Assembly: GCF_006345805.1 (NCBI RefSeq) | Contig: NW_021835481.1 | Location: 5,022-69,021 of the forward strand | Length of the DNA: 64,000 bases | Source of the DNA: Octopus sinensis | Taxonomy: Eukaryota | Direction of reading: 5' to 3' | Shown: positions 36,331 through 49,073 of the stretch, one piece after another | Position numbering within the stretch: the stretch's first letter is position 1 | Layout of the letters: each line of letters opens with the position of its first letter | Made by a program: the position numbers and the translations under genes | The notes under the pieces: generated by a model | Seen by the model: only the letters and a program-made list of their open reading frames with translations | Databases searched by the model: none | What the model was told of the DNA's origin: nothing

Positions 36331-37369
36331 TTAGCATTTGCTTGCTTGAATATAATGGGTCCTGCAGCCTAGAGTTAGCAGGTACAGGTACAGGTTGCAA
36401 CATAGATAACAATTAAAATTTCCATCGGTTCTGATTATCTTTTGTGGATATGCAACTATGGTGGAGGTTTCAGGTAAATTGGAAGTCTTTGACATTATTA
36501 TTATTATTAAGGCAACAATTAGTCTTTGGCGCTACAGAAGTAGCTGTGCACATCATGATAATATACATTTCTAAATTATAACTATCATCACATTGTACAC
36601 ACATATATATGAGACATACACTTGTATGCATAAGTGCATACATGAAGCATGCATTACTAGTAGTGACATGCACGTGGGTCCACAATGTTATATTTATGCA
36701 TTACGTGTATCCATAATTATGCACATCATGAAAACAGTTCACAGGTCAATAGAATAATTTTGACATAGTGACAAGTGCTACATATACATACATATTTATA
36801 TGCATGTATGTATATAGATACAATAGATACATATGTATGTGTTGTGTGTAAATTTTTAATAGAAAATTGTAAGTTGGAGTTGATTGTTGCCTGGAAACGA
36901 TGTGAATTATGAAAAATATTTTAACTTCAGACTAATTTACTGCTGAGCTGCTGAAGCAGAAATATTGTTGTAACATATAATCTGCTTGATACCACATATT
37001 TGCTTGTCATTTGCTTGATCTTTATCACTTGAGCATGCCTGTTATTGGTTGACAATCTGTGCATCTCTAATTGTGAGCTGAGTAGTAGTGGTGGAGCATT
37101 ATAGCCATGTGTTGAGAGGGATTCTTTGGGGTTTGAATAAATGTAACAAAAGCAAAGTTTGAAAGGAATATAAGCCATTTTTTATACTTTCTAGGGGTAA
37201 ATATATAGGAAATAACAGTTGCTACCAAGGACAAAAATCTTGTTTATAGATGTTATCAAATGTAACATGAAAACTGATAATACATGAAAACGAAATTCAA
37301 ATGAGATAATGATGAATAATGTATTAGGTATTAATGTATATACATATCTATATTAACAAATGTATTTTT

Positions 37370-38390
37370 TCACTACATAAACAAACAAACTTTGCTTTTT
37401 ATATTTTTGTTCACAATGGTCAGTGTAAAAACAAACAAACTTTGGGTTTTTTTCAGTGAAATAGTATGTAGATTGCTTGAAATAGGAGCCAATACACCAC
37501 CAAGTCACCCCCATCTATTTTCAGAAAATATGTGTACAGTTATGTGCGGAATCATCATCATCATTTAATTGGCCGTGCTGGCATGGGTTGGATGGTTTGA
37601 CTGGACTGGTATGCTGGAAGGCTGCACCAGACTCCAGTCTGATTTGGCATCGTTTTCTACAGCTGGATGCCCTTCATAACGCCAACCAGTCTGAGTGTGT
37701 AATGGGTGCTTTTACATGCCACTGGCATGACACTGAGGTGTGTTTATGAGCCACTGGCACAGGTGCCAATTAGTGTGACACTGGTATCTGCTGCATCTGT
37801 GATTTTGCTTGGCTTGATGGGTCTTCTTCTCAAGCACAACATAATGCCAAAGGTCTTGGTCATTGCCTCCGTGAGGCCCAACACTTGAAAGGAACTCAGC
37901 CACTTTGACACACAAAACCAGAAATACTATCAATTTTATTTAGTATTTTCAGCAGTCATAATAGGTGGAGTATTTCTTCACTTTGTGAAAAGCATTACAG
38001 TGAAATAGACTGTATGTGAATTGCTAGAAATAGGAGCCAGTATACCTCCTACTTGTCCCCTTTTCATTCCGTTTTCAGAAAATAAGTGCACAGTTATCTG
38101 CAGAATGGTCAAATTAATTCAAATGATACGAAAATCCTGAAATGTTGCCAATTTTATTTAGTGTTTTCAGTGGTCAACCTAGAAACAAACAAACTTTGCT
38201 TTTTATAAGGACATGTAGACATCACAGTGAAATAATACGTGGATTGCCAATACACCACCAAGTTGACTCTCACCAATCCATTTTTAGAAAATAAGTGAAC
38301 TGTTATGTGCAGAATGGTCAATAACAAGCAAAGCCTGAAATATTATCAATTTTATTGAGTATTTTCAGTGGTCAGTGTACAAACAAATAG
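37370..38390. repeat. Diverged ~235-bp tandem repeat (3 units)
   Basis: Repeated cagtgaaata...gaaataggagcca.tacacc...ttttcagaaaata.gtg..cagttat.tgc.gaat at ~37454, 37998 and 38225. Confidence 0.75.
37553..37910 (-). mobile_element. RTE 3' end fragment inside the tandem repeat
   Basis: (CAT)n tail at 37553-37563 and a 3' UTR matching copies A and B. Confidence 0.8.
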
Positions 38391-39580
38391 GTTGCTGGAC
38401 CGATAACCAACGTGAGATCTCACATCTCTATGATGGCATGGTAGGATGTTTGCAAACTAAATGCACTTTCTGAATCATTCTCCATCTCCAGAGGTCTGAA
38501 AGAAGGCTGCATCTTGGCTCTTACCTTGTTCTCCTTCAACCTGATAGTGATGTTCAATGAAATCTCACATAACTCTCTCAGTGTCAATATCCGCTATCAC
38601 CTGCATAGCAGACTCTATAACCTGGCACGCCTAAGATCCAAAACTTGAACATCAAATAGCAGCATCAAGAAGTTCCAGTACACAAATGACAGTGCTACTC
38701 CTATTGCCTCTGTTGTTGACCTCCAGCACTGTTTGACTCTTGTCTTAGAAGCCTACCATTGCTTTGGGATGGAAGTGAATGAGGACAAAATGAAAAGACT
38801 TGTGTAGTCTGTTCCTGGACAAGAAATACTAGAAGCTACTGTCAACAAAGGGGGCACCACTGGAAGTCATCAGTTATTTCCAGTACCTCAGCAGCACTCT
38901 CTCACAATCTGGACCATACAAAAGGGACATCGACCACAGAATCAAATCCACTCATTTAGCTTTTAGAAGACACAGCAAGCAAGTATTCAACAACCACAGG
39001 CTCCCTCTCTGAACAAAATTCATGGTGTTCCATGTCCTTGTCATCTTCACCTTGCTCTACACATGTGAGACATGGACTCTGTATTGAAAAGACTTGAAAA
39101 AGTTTGAGCATTTCCAACCAGCTAAGCTTTAACAGATCCTCAATATCAAATGGCAGGACTGACACGTCATCTACAAAGTCCTCGATCATTCAGAAATGCC
39201 AAGCATTGAAGTTGCCATCCTCAAGTTGCATTGCCTCAAGTGGTCAAGACATATATCATCTGAACAGTCCCATCCTCTACAGTGAGTTCGTCAATGGCAT
39301 TGAAGACCCCCAAACTGCAGATTCAAAGAACAACTGAAGTCTTCAATCCTTCAAGCTGCAATCACCCTTAATACCTGGAAACTGAAATTGTCAACTGTCC
39401 ACCTTGGCGAAGAGCAATTCATTTCAGTTGTTCTACTTTTGAGGAGAAAGACTGAAGAAGAAGCAAAAGAAAGCAATGCAAGGCCTGACAACTGCAGCCA
39501 AGTCCACACCCACCCTGCCATGCAGTCAATGCGTGAGGTTGTTCCATTCCTGACTTGGCCTTCTCAGCCATGTCAAGTTT
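38390..39580 (+). mobile_element. Third RTE-family LINE fragment (RT C-terminal half)
   Basis: FQYLSSTLS..DIDHRIK...TLLYTCETWTLY..LKKFEHF...ILNIKWQD and a terminal C2H2-like PCSQCVRLFHS*LGLLSH. Confidence 0.7.
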
Positions 39581-39799
39581 AAGTATTGTGGAGGCATCAA
39601 ATGAACCAAATCTGGACAGAGTGGTGCCAACAACTATGTATACATTTTACCTTGTTTTGTATTTTTACTGTGTATGTTTTCTACACATTTTTATCATGCA
39701 ATTCTATTTAAATCACCACATTTTATCTTCATCTTTGTGTATTGTCTCCCTCATCCATCACCCAGCTTGCAAATGAAAGAAATTGTAGCTGTTGTTGTT

Positions 39800-41340
39800 A
39801 ATGTAGTAAACTAGCAGAATCTTTGAAGCATTAGAAAAATGCTTTGTGGTGTTTGTTCCAACACTTTATGTACTGAGTTCTATTCTTGCAATGGTCAGGT
39901 GTACCTTTCACTCTTTTGGTGTTGATAAAACAAAATAAAATTGTATAATATTGGTGATATTGACTAATTCCTGGAAAATTGTCTAACTGTCACCTTTATT
40001 ATTATTATTATTATTATTATATTATTATTATTATTATTGTGGCAGTAAGCTAGCAGAATTGTAAGCACACCAGGCAAAATTCCTAGCAACATTTCATCCA
40101 TTTGTATGTTTTGAGTTCAAATTTTGCTGAGGTCAACTTTACCTTTCAACTTTTCGAGGTTGATAAAATAAGTACCAGTTGAACCCTGGGATAGATGTAA
40201 TCACCATGCCCCTCCCTCAAAATTGCTGACTTTGAGCCAGAATTTGAAATCATTATTATTATTGTTAAGGCAGTGAACTGACAAGACCATTAGCATGCTA
40301 AACAAAATGTTTGCAACATTTCATTTGTCTTTATATTCTGAATTCAAATGGCACGAGGTTGTCTTTCATCTTTGCAGATGACTAGGGTCTCATTGTAATT
40401 GGCTAACCCCACCTCCCTCAAAATTTCACCTTGTGCCTATAATAGGGTTATTGTTATTCAAGATGGCAAGCTGGCTGAATCATTGGCACACCAGGCAAAA
40501 TGTTTAGCAGTATTTCACCCATTCCTATGTTCTGAGTTAATTCCTCAGAGGTTGACTTTGCCTTTAATCCTTTTGGGGTTGATAAATTAAGTACCAGTGA
40601 AATACTGGGGTTGATGTAATTATTTAGTCCCCTCCCACCAAATTACAGGCCTTGTGCCTTTAGTTTTAGATTATTATCATTATTGTTATTATTATTATTA
40701 TGGTGTCAATCTGACAGACAAGATGTGTCAAACAAGATGTGTTGCAATATTTGCATTCATTTCCTAGTGAGATTAAATTCACCCTTAGTCCTTCCAATGT
40801 TGATAAAAATAAAGAAATTAAGTCAGGTGGTTGATGTTATCAGCTAACACACTTCACCTCGAAATTGCTGGCCTTTTGCAAAAACCAAAAGTAATTATTG
40901 GTTCCATATTTTGGCACAAGGCCTGCAATTTTAGGAGTTGGAGTAAGTTGATTACGTTGACTCCAGTGTCCTACTTGGTACTTATTTTATTGACCCTGGA
41001 AGGATGAAATGCAAAGTTCATCTCAGCAAAATTTGACCTCAGAATATAAAGTTGTTGAAATGCCACTAAGCATTTTTCCTGATATGCTAATGGTTCTGCC
41101 CGCTCACTGCCCTAAAATCCAAAGTAATTAATGTGGTAAATAAGCAGCATCAGCAGAGGATGGGACAAAATACAATGCATTATTTAGTTAGGCCTGTTTA
41201 CATTCTGAGTTCAAATTCTATTGAAATTGATTTTTGACTTCCATTTCTTCAAGGCCAGTAAAAGAGAGAACCCATCTTGGGTCATTGATATTGACATAGC
41301 CCCTCCTCTCAAAATTGTACCTGATTTATTACAAATGTGA
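39800..41340. mobile_element. Cluster of about 7 family-1 SINE copies (6 forward, 1 reverse at ~40900-41110)
   Basis: Repeated gagttcaaatt...ctttcat...gttgataaa..aagtaccag cores at ~39870, 40110, 40340, 40530, 40770 and 41205, separated by (ATT)n tails. Confidence 0.75.
39998..40038. repeat. (ATT)n microsatellite
   Basis: Direct reading. Similar simple repeats lie at 3573-3610, 4372-4430 and 6039-6077 (TA), 60360-60398 (ATT) and 63762-63793 (CA). Confidence 0.9.
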
Positions 41341-41516
41341 CCAATGTTCAAATCTTTATTATTAGAAACATATTTAAAAAATTTTGAAAAATTGCTAATT
41401 TTCTTCAAAATATACTTCTGGTTTGTTTTTTTCTTTACTTTTTTGTTCTTTTATTAAGTGCACTAATTTGATTTTGTTTGTTTTTCTTTTAACTCTTTAT
41501 GTTCTGAAATTCATAG

Positions 41517-41767
41517 ATTCTCCAGAAAATATGATACTAGATGTTTCTGGAGGAAAAGTATGTGTTGATACTCCAACCAAATTCCGCTGCAGTTGGAAAG
41601 GTGGTAATCCACCAGCAAGTGTAACCCTGGAGTATGAAAAATACTCAAATACTAGTAAAGAAGAAGTTGAAATTAATGTAATACCTTCCAAATCTCATCA
41701 AACAGTCAAGTGTCGGGCATTCATATTGCTGCAAATGTGTCTCGTGAAAAGAATTTAACTATTCATT
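41517..41767 (+). CDS. Ig-domain exon 2 of the same gene, with an apparent 1-nt frameshift
   Basis: Acceptor ttcatAG and donor t|GTGAGT. Encodes (Y)SPENMIL...FRCSWKGGNPPASVTL...TVKCRA, then in a shifted frame HIAANVSREKNLTIH; 251 nt instead of 252. Confidence 0.85.
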
Positions 41768-42254
41768 GTGAGTATAATGAAGCATCTTTTGAAAATTTTA
41801 TCTTCTGTTTTTATCATTTTCTTTTTTTAATTCAAATATGAAAAAAAATTTTAACTGTAAGATTTAGTCTTTTGTATATGTTGGTTGGTTTGGCTGTAGG
41901 TTTTTGAGTGAAGGAAAGAAAAAATAATAATATCCTGTGATTCCAAACCAGTGTGAGCGTTGTTATTCTTCTGGAACTATGTATCTAATTGCATTGTTGG
42001 AATTTGTGTAGTTTTATCATGCAAGTTGAATATACAGAGGAAATAAACTTATGGTCAAATGCCATTATAAATAGTGCCCCAGCATGACCACAACTTTGAA
42101 GTTGAAACAATTTAAAGATTTATGGCTAAATATCTGGGAGCTCTTTAAATTTTATTTAGGAAAAGAGATCAGTAATTAGAGGGATATCAAATTACTGGAC
42201 TAGTTCATTAAAGTCAGAAAAAGAGTTATGGCTCTGTTGATAATTGACAGTTAA

Positions 42255-44705
42255 ACTAGATGAGATGCAGTTCAGTTTTGTTCTGGAAAAAAGAAGTACT
42301 GATATCATATTCCTAGTGAGTCAACAAGTGAAGAACCTGTTGACCTAGAGAAAGCCTTTGACAAAGGTTACTCATTTGGGGATCTAGTAATTATTGATGA
42401 AGCTAGGAGTATAAGAATGGCTTATGTGAGCCATACAATCCATATACAGGTGTATTGTCAGCAATATGAGAAATAGCAATGAGTACAGTGATGACTTTAG
42501 TGTGTAGGTAGGATACCATCAGTGCTTAGTCTCTTTCTATTTATCAAAGACCTCCAGGGGAGTTTAAGATTAGGTGTCTACAGGAATTCTTATTTGCTCA
42601 TGTTCTCCTTTTTATGGCTGAAGCTGGAGTAAGACTGGGAAAACATTACAGGTGTGAAAGCAAAGCATGGAATCAAAGGGCCTCATTACCTTGGTAAACA
42701 TTCAAATCTTAGTAAATCAGAAAACATACAAGACCCTTCATCCATCTGGATAATTACCTTGTTTCATATGTAAAAAAGAAATGGGTGGAAAGTTGATATA
42801 GTGTATCCAGTGCAAACTGTGTATGTGCAAGAGATACAATGGAATTATGGGTAGGTTGACAAAGTGACATTGTATATAGCAGGTGTGCTGGAGCAATAAA
42901 CTTTAAGTGAACATGAGAAATGAAGCCTTCAAAAGCCCAGGAATATTTCTAGATGTAATAGAGAGCTTTTGTTATCTAGGTGATCAAAACAGTATTGGTG
43001 GAAATTGTTCTCAAAGTGTAGTAGCCAATGTAAAATCTGAGTAGAGAAAGTCCATGGATTTATTACTTCTGTCATAAACATAAAGTTTTTCTCTCAGTGT
43101 GAAAAGCTGACTTTTATGATGCTTTTTTCAACTTGAAATGCTCCATGATAGTGAGACATGAGCCTTGAATGTGGAGGACCTGAAAAGACTAGAAATAAAT
43201 AAAGCATACATGCTCCACTAGATATGCAATGTTAGTGTGAAAGATTGATGGAATACAATGTGTTGAGGAGAACAACTGGCCAAGAATTAAATGTAGTATA
43301 CATTAGTTTGGGTATGTAATATGTATGGATAAGACAGTTGTATATAAAGTAATGATCACTCACAGTAGATGAAACCTGTGTGAGAGAAAGACATGGGATG
43401 AGGTAGTGAAGGCTGATCTCAGGATGCTGGCACTCATGGAAGAGATGACAAACCAAGTTGATTAGTGATATGCAGTACTCAACATGATTTACCTTCCTAT
43501 GATTGCACATCATGGCTAAGGCTCTCAAAGCGTAATATATATATATATGTACACTATGCACCTGAGTCGTCTCCCCCATCTATCCAGACAACAAGTTCCC
43601 CCTTCAAGCCACTTCCATTCTCCTCATTGTAACAATTGACAATCCCTACCTCACCCTTGTTAATATCCATCTTAAACTCTCATCTTCATTTGTAACTTCT
43701 GGATCGCTGCCACTTCCTATTGATACTCATTCCTCATTTTTGTCATCCATGACTACATTCCTTTCCTCGTTGGGTTTCAATTTTCACATTCACTTCACTC
43801 ACAACCTCAACTCCACTTCTCATCCTCACATCTCACTCGCAATCTCTAATTCTACATCCAGCATCCTATCCCCTCAGTCTCCTCCACTTGCAACCTGAGT
43901 TCTATCCCTCATCACGCTATCACACATTCCTCTATCATTTCCCAATATACTACATTTTTCTGCTCTTGTAAGAAACTGATATAGAACCTGCTACTATATA
44001 CCATACCATTGCCATCTCTGTACTGCTGATCACCACTCTTCTCTATACTATTCTCAATCAGCCTTCATTCCTCATTCTCAATTGTACCTCACTCATACTG
44101 GTTACCTCCACCCTTGTTCACCCTTCTCTACATTTATCTTCTATATACTACTGACCTCATTCACCTCATGTTTATATCCACCTCACTCTCCTTTCACACT
44201 CTTACAGCCTTTTCGCAAACCTTCATTATTCTCCTGTATCCTTCTCTCTCCATTTATCTCTTGGACATGTTACCATGCATGTATGTTCTGTTACCTTGTC
44301 ATCACCATTTTTACCTCTTGAGTCCCATTCCAGTCCTTCCCACCCATTGATGCAAAATAAATAGTTGCCATACATCTTTCTGCCACCCTCCACAGTGATA
44401 CTTTAACATCTCAACTCCTTGCTTAAAGCATCCACCCTATCTCTTATCTTCCCCATTAGTTGAATAGCTCTTCAGTCTTGCAAGTTTCAAAGGAACCTCA
44501 TTAGAGTTGATGCTATGAAAATAGCACCCAGTAAACTCTGTAAAGTGGTTGGCATTAGGAAAGGTATACATAAAGCATGCTAAAACTGACTTTTAAGCAA
44601 GATGTGGTTCTCTGGCCTGCAGGACCTTGTTAAAACGTATTGTCATGCTAGCATGGAAAGCAGACACAAGATGATAGTGGTAGTGGCAGCAATGATGATT
44701 ATCAT
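42255..44705 (+). mobile_element. Old decayed RTE copy with a C/T-rich insert (~43540-44480)
   Basis: ctagatgagatgcagttcagttttg (DEMQF), acctagagaaagcctttgac and gacatgggatgaggtagtgaag. The 3' UTR and tail remnant lie at 44480-44705. Confidence 0.7.
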
Positions 44706-45597
44706 CATCTCTATGATGATAGTGCATGTCTATTTTGAGGAAGATATATACATATTAAGAATCCATATGTCAGAAAAAAATAAGCCCATTTACATTTGTT
44801 AATAGGGCAGGTATAATAGTCAAAATGTACAGTATTATAGATCCATTACAGCTAATCTTACCACTTGGTTTTACTCTGGGAATTAAAATGGATATTAGAT
44901 AACAGCACAATTAAGAAATACTCTGTGCTCTTGAGATCTGGTAGGTATGGAAAAAATATCTGTTTTGAGGAAGGTATAAAGAAATTAATAATGTAATGCA
45001 ATTTATGAAGTTTTGCAAAATGTAGGTAAAACATTATGAAAAGCCTGCACCAACAAATTTTCATAAATTCCTTTTTTAAAAACACCTATATTGTGGTATT
45101 TTAGTTTGACATTAAACTTCCCTTATTTTATTACAATTCTATCATTATCAGCAGTCCCAATTTACAAAAATGTAATATTTCATCATACACATTTTTATTT
45201 TATTTTATTTAATGATAGTAGTTGTGGAACCTATGTAGACTTATATTCAATGTTGCCTTTTATTCTGCATCCTTTTCCTGAAACTTTGTGTCTTGCTAAT
45301 TAAATTTTGCCAACATCTTCAAAACTTAAATGGTAGTCTGATGAAATTCTTGGATACAAGTATTTTTATATAGATGTGTATTTTCTAATATATTGGTTAG
45401 GATTTGAAAATTTGTATTGGACATTTCTTTCAGTGTAAAAGATTGCAATACTAATAGAATTTATTTAAAATTTTCTCATTTTTATGCATCACTTTATATC
45501 TAATGCAACTTGGAATATTAATCACCAATGTAACAGCAAAAAATAAAATATCTTTATGCAAGTATTTACGTAAATAATCTGATTTCCTTTTATACAG

Positions 45598-45716
45598 ATC
45601 CACCTAAAACAATAGAAATCAAGACTGATGAACCCTTTCTTGAAGGTCGCAAAGGTATTTTGCATTGTAAGGCAATAAATGGATATCCAGAAAAGTACAG
45701 CTACAGGTGGGATCCA
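45598..45716 (+). CDS. Exon 3: N-terminal half of the next Ig domain
   Basis: Acceptor ttccttttatacAG and donor cca|GTAAGT. Encodes (Y)PPKTIEIKTDEPFLEGRKGILHCKAINGYPEKYSYRWDP, with the first Ig Cys, G.P and Trp; phase 1-0. Confidence 0.85.
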
Positions 45717-46139
45717 GTAAGTAACAAACCTCACAAAATTTAACACTTTCTCAACTCAATCGAACACACAATAATGAGGTTTACACTTGTTATGCTTCTA
45801 ACAAGTGCAGTAAAAGAGAATTACATAAAAACATTGGATCAATGTAGAATGTAAGTTGAAAGCTTAAAATTCTATTACAAACCTGTAAAATAATTTATTT
45901 ACATTCATTACAGAAAAGTACTACGATCTTTCATCTTTGTTAATTTGGTTTTACCCCAAAATCTTCACATAGTTGATTTTCTTTGTTTTTCTAAAATAAA
46001 TTGTTTAATAAAAATACAAATTGTAGGTTGTAAAATTTATTTCAACCTATCAACTTTTAAACAGTATACAGCTGTATATTATTTACATTTGACGAATATT
46101 TGTCCTCATCTTGCTTGTCTTGTTAACACAATGTTTTGG

Positions 46140-46341
46140 CTGATATACCCTCAGGTGTCTTGGGAAATTGCGAACCTGGGTTCTCAAGATATAATGAGAG
46201 AAGGCGATATTCTCCCGATATCGTAAACCTTGTCTTCCATTAGAGTAGTTTTTGATGTTAGTATTATCATTCAGGTCACTGCCTGGAATTGAACTTGGAA
46301 TCTTGGGTTAGTAGCCTGCGCGCGCTCTTAACCACTATGCC
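46140..46341 (-). mobile_element. tRNA-derived SINE, family 2
   Basis: Minus strand ggcatagtggttaagagcgcg (A-box) ... aagttcaattccagg (B-box). Confidence 0.7.
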
Positions 46342-47099
46342 ATAAGCCCGTGGGTAATTATGGAGTGAATTTTGGGGTTTATAAATCTAATATTTTCCTA
46401 CCCTTCTTTAATACCATTTTGCATATGCTACTTATTGGATTAAGAACAGAACAAAGAGATAAGCCCTGCTTTCCCAGGAATTACTGGGTACATCAGCTAA
46501 TATATATATAGATAGATAAAACATAATAGCTTCCCCTGAACCATTTAGTTTCATTTTGGTTGACAAACAAATTAATTAACTCTCTTTATATATATAATAA
46601 ATTTTGCATTTTAAATGCTTTGGTGAAAATTTTCAGGGTGCATAAAAGGACAATATGTGAACTACATAGCGATTTACTGGAATATTCAAATATACACAGA
46701 AAATATATTTATGTTTACTATGTATATGTGTGTGTGCACGCATGCATTAAAAATATTCATTTATTTTTAAATTCAATATTACTAATAACAATAATCATGA
46801 ATAATGATTTATACTATGTAAGAGGAACATTATTTACTGAATAAAATGAAATAATATTAAAGTGAAAGAGAAATAAAGTTTATGATCATGTTTGTATATG
46901 TGTGTGCGCATGTCTATGCTCATATTTACATATACGCACGCACACACACACACAGACGCACATACAGAGATACAGATATATATACACACAATAATTATGG
47001 ATGCCAATGGTTTATATGTCAACTTACATGTGTATATATGTTACTTTCTAAGTTTTTTATTAATGTACATAAATACATAAGAGCAGCAATAAAAGTTCA

Positions 47100-47595
47100 T
47101 TCACACATTATTTGATATTAATATTTATATTGAAGTTTAATAATAATGATAATAATCAACTAAATTATATAAAAGTAAAAGTACATGATTAAATATATAT
47201 ATAATAAAATAAAATAAAATAAGGTAGCAGAATAATGAATATAGAATAAATAGGATAAGAATAAAAAATAGAAATAAAGGGGAAGTAAAATTTGTTTATG
47301 CGTGAATGCATGTGCGTGTATATGCATACATGGATTATATTATGTGTATGTGGATATCTATATATGGATAACATTGTTGGTATTTATAAAACATAATAAA
47401 TAAAATAAAATAAGGTAAATAAGTAAGCAGAAATAAGGAATAAAGAATAAATAAAAATATAAAGGTGAAATAAATTTGCTTATGTGTTTATACATGTGCA
47501 TACACGTATGGGTGTATCTTGTTTACATATTAGTATCTCTATATGTACTTGCATATACAGATATACAGATGTTTATTTCTAGTTATTTCATTAGT
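47100..47595 (+). repeat. AT-rich ~190-bp tandem units (left arm of a foldback)
   Basis: Direct repeat at 47195-47340 and 47385-47520. The reverse complement is found at 53365-53991 and 57239-57330. Confidence 0.75.
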
Positions 47596-47599
47596 TCAT

Positions 47600-48366
47600 T
47601 AGTTTATATTTCCACACCCTAGCGGTTGAGGGAACCTGTGGAAGAAGTAGACCCAGGAAGACCTGGGATGAAGTGGGGAAGCACGATCTTCGAACTTTAG
47701 GCCTCACCAAGGAAATGACTAATGACCGAGACCTATGGAAATATGCTGTGCTTGAGAAGACCCGGCAAGCCAAATGAGACCATAACCTCGTTTGCCTGTG
47801 CCAGGGGTGTAACCAGCCCACTTGTGCGTACCTTTTCTTCTCTGAACACTAATCTCTGTTTGCGAAGACCTGTTGAGGCAATTGAAATCGAAACGAAATC
47901 AAAATCAAAGTGAAATTCGATGACAGGCATGAGCACCATATGAGCGTGATTGTTGCCAGCTTCGCCTTACTGGCACTTGTGCCCTGTGCTAGTAGGGTGC
48001 TAAGAGCACCATCTGAGTGTGATCGTTGCCAGAGCGGCTAACTGGCTTGTAGGAGGCATGTAGAAGGCACCATTCGAGCGGGATCATTACCAGCATCGCC
48101 TTACTGGCACCTGTGCCGTTGGCATGTGTAAAAACAAATTCGAGCGAGGTCGTTGCCAGTACCGCCTGACTGGCCCCAAGCTGGTGGCACATAAAAGCAC
48201 CCACTACACTCTCGGAGTGGTTGGTGTTAGGAAGGGACTCCAGCTGTAGAAACTCTGCCAGATTGGAGCTTGGTGCAGCCATCTGGTTCACCAGCCGACA
48301 GTCAAACCGTCCAACCCATGCTAGCATGGAAAGCGGATGTTAAATGACGATGATGATGATGATGAT
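47600..48366 (+). mobile_element. RTE 3' end fragment
   Basis: ccacaccctagcggttgagggaacctgtgg, a complete 3' UTR and a (GAT)n tail. Confidence 0.9.
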
Positions 48367-49073
48367 GTATATGTGTATAATATTGTTGGTATTTATCTGT
48401 ATATAAAAATGCAGGATGTGTGTATGTGTACGTGAATGTATTTTGCACGTCCACAAATTAGCATATGTCGCTCCAATTTTAGGAGGACATTTGTCATGAT
48501 CCTAACTGTATTTTTGTCGAATTATTTTCCCGAAGCACCAGCGGGTAGTAGTAAAAACCTATTTTCAACCTTAACTTTTACCAATTTTGAAGTTTGCTAA
48601 CATGAGTTAAGTCCCTTCTTGCCATAACGAAGTGAAAATGTGTGTGTGTGAGGGAGAGAGAAGTTGTGTTGATGTATGTATGTGTGTGTGTGAGGGAGAC
48701 AGATGTTGTGTGTTGATGTGTGTGTGTGTGTGAGGGAGAGATAGAGTAAGTGACAGTGTTCACCAAAAATAAAAATGTAAAATGTTTTTTTTTCTTATAC
48801 ACGAGATATAGTATTCAAATTTAGGATGTTTTTGAAAGACACTATACTTTATAATCAGATTATATATACTTTCTCACACAACAATTAAAATATATTCATT
48901 TTAAATCATTTATTTATTTTAATTGTTCATCTTTCTCCCTGCCCCCCTCTCTCTCACACACACACACATTACTTTGGGCACGAAAGAGTTTGTTTTTATT
49001 TTACATTGAAAAAGTGTTTTGTTGAGAATCTATGTATTTAACAACATAGAAACATTAAGTTTCTGAAAAGACT

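Noticed and set aside
46280-46341. tRNA gene candidates (also 4139-4230 and 53537-53610)
   Set aside because: They have A/B boxes only, no complete cloverleaf, and continue into SINE bodies.
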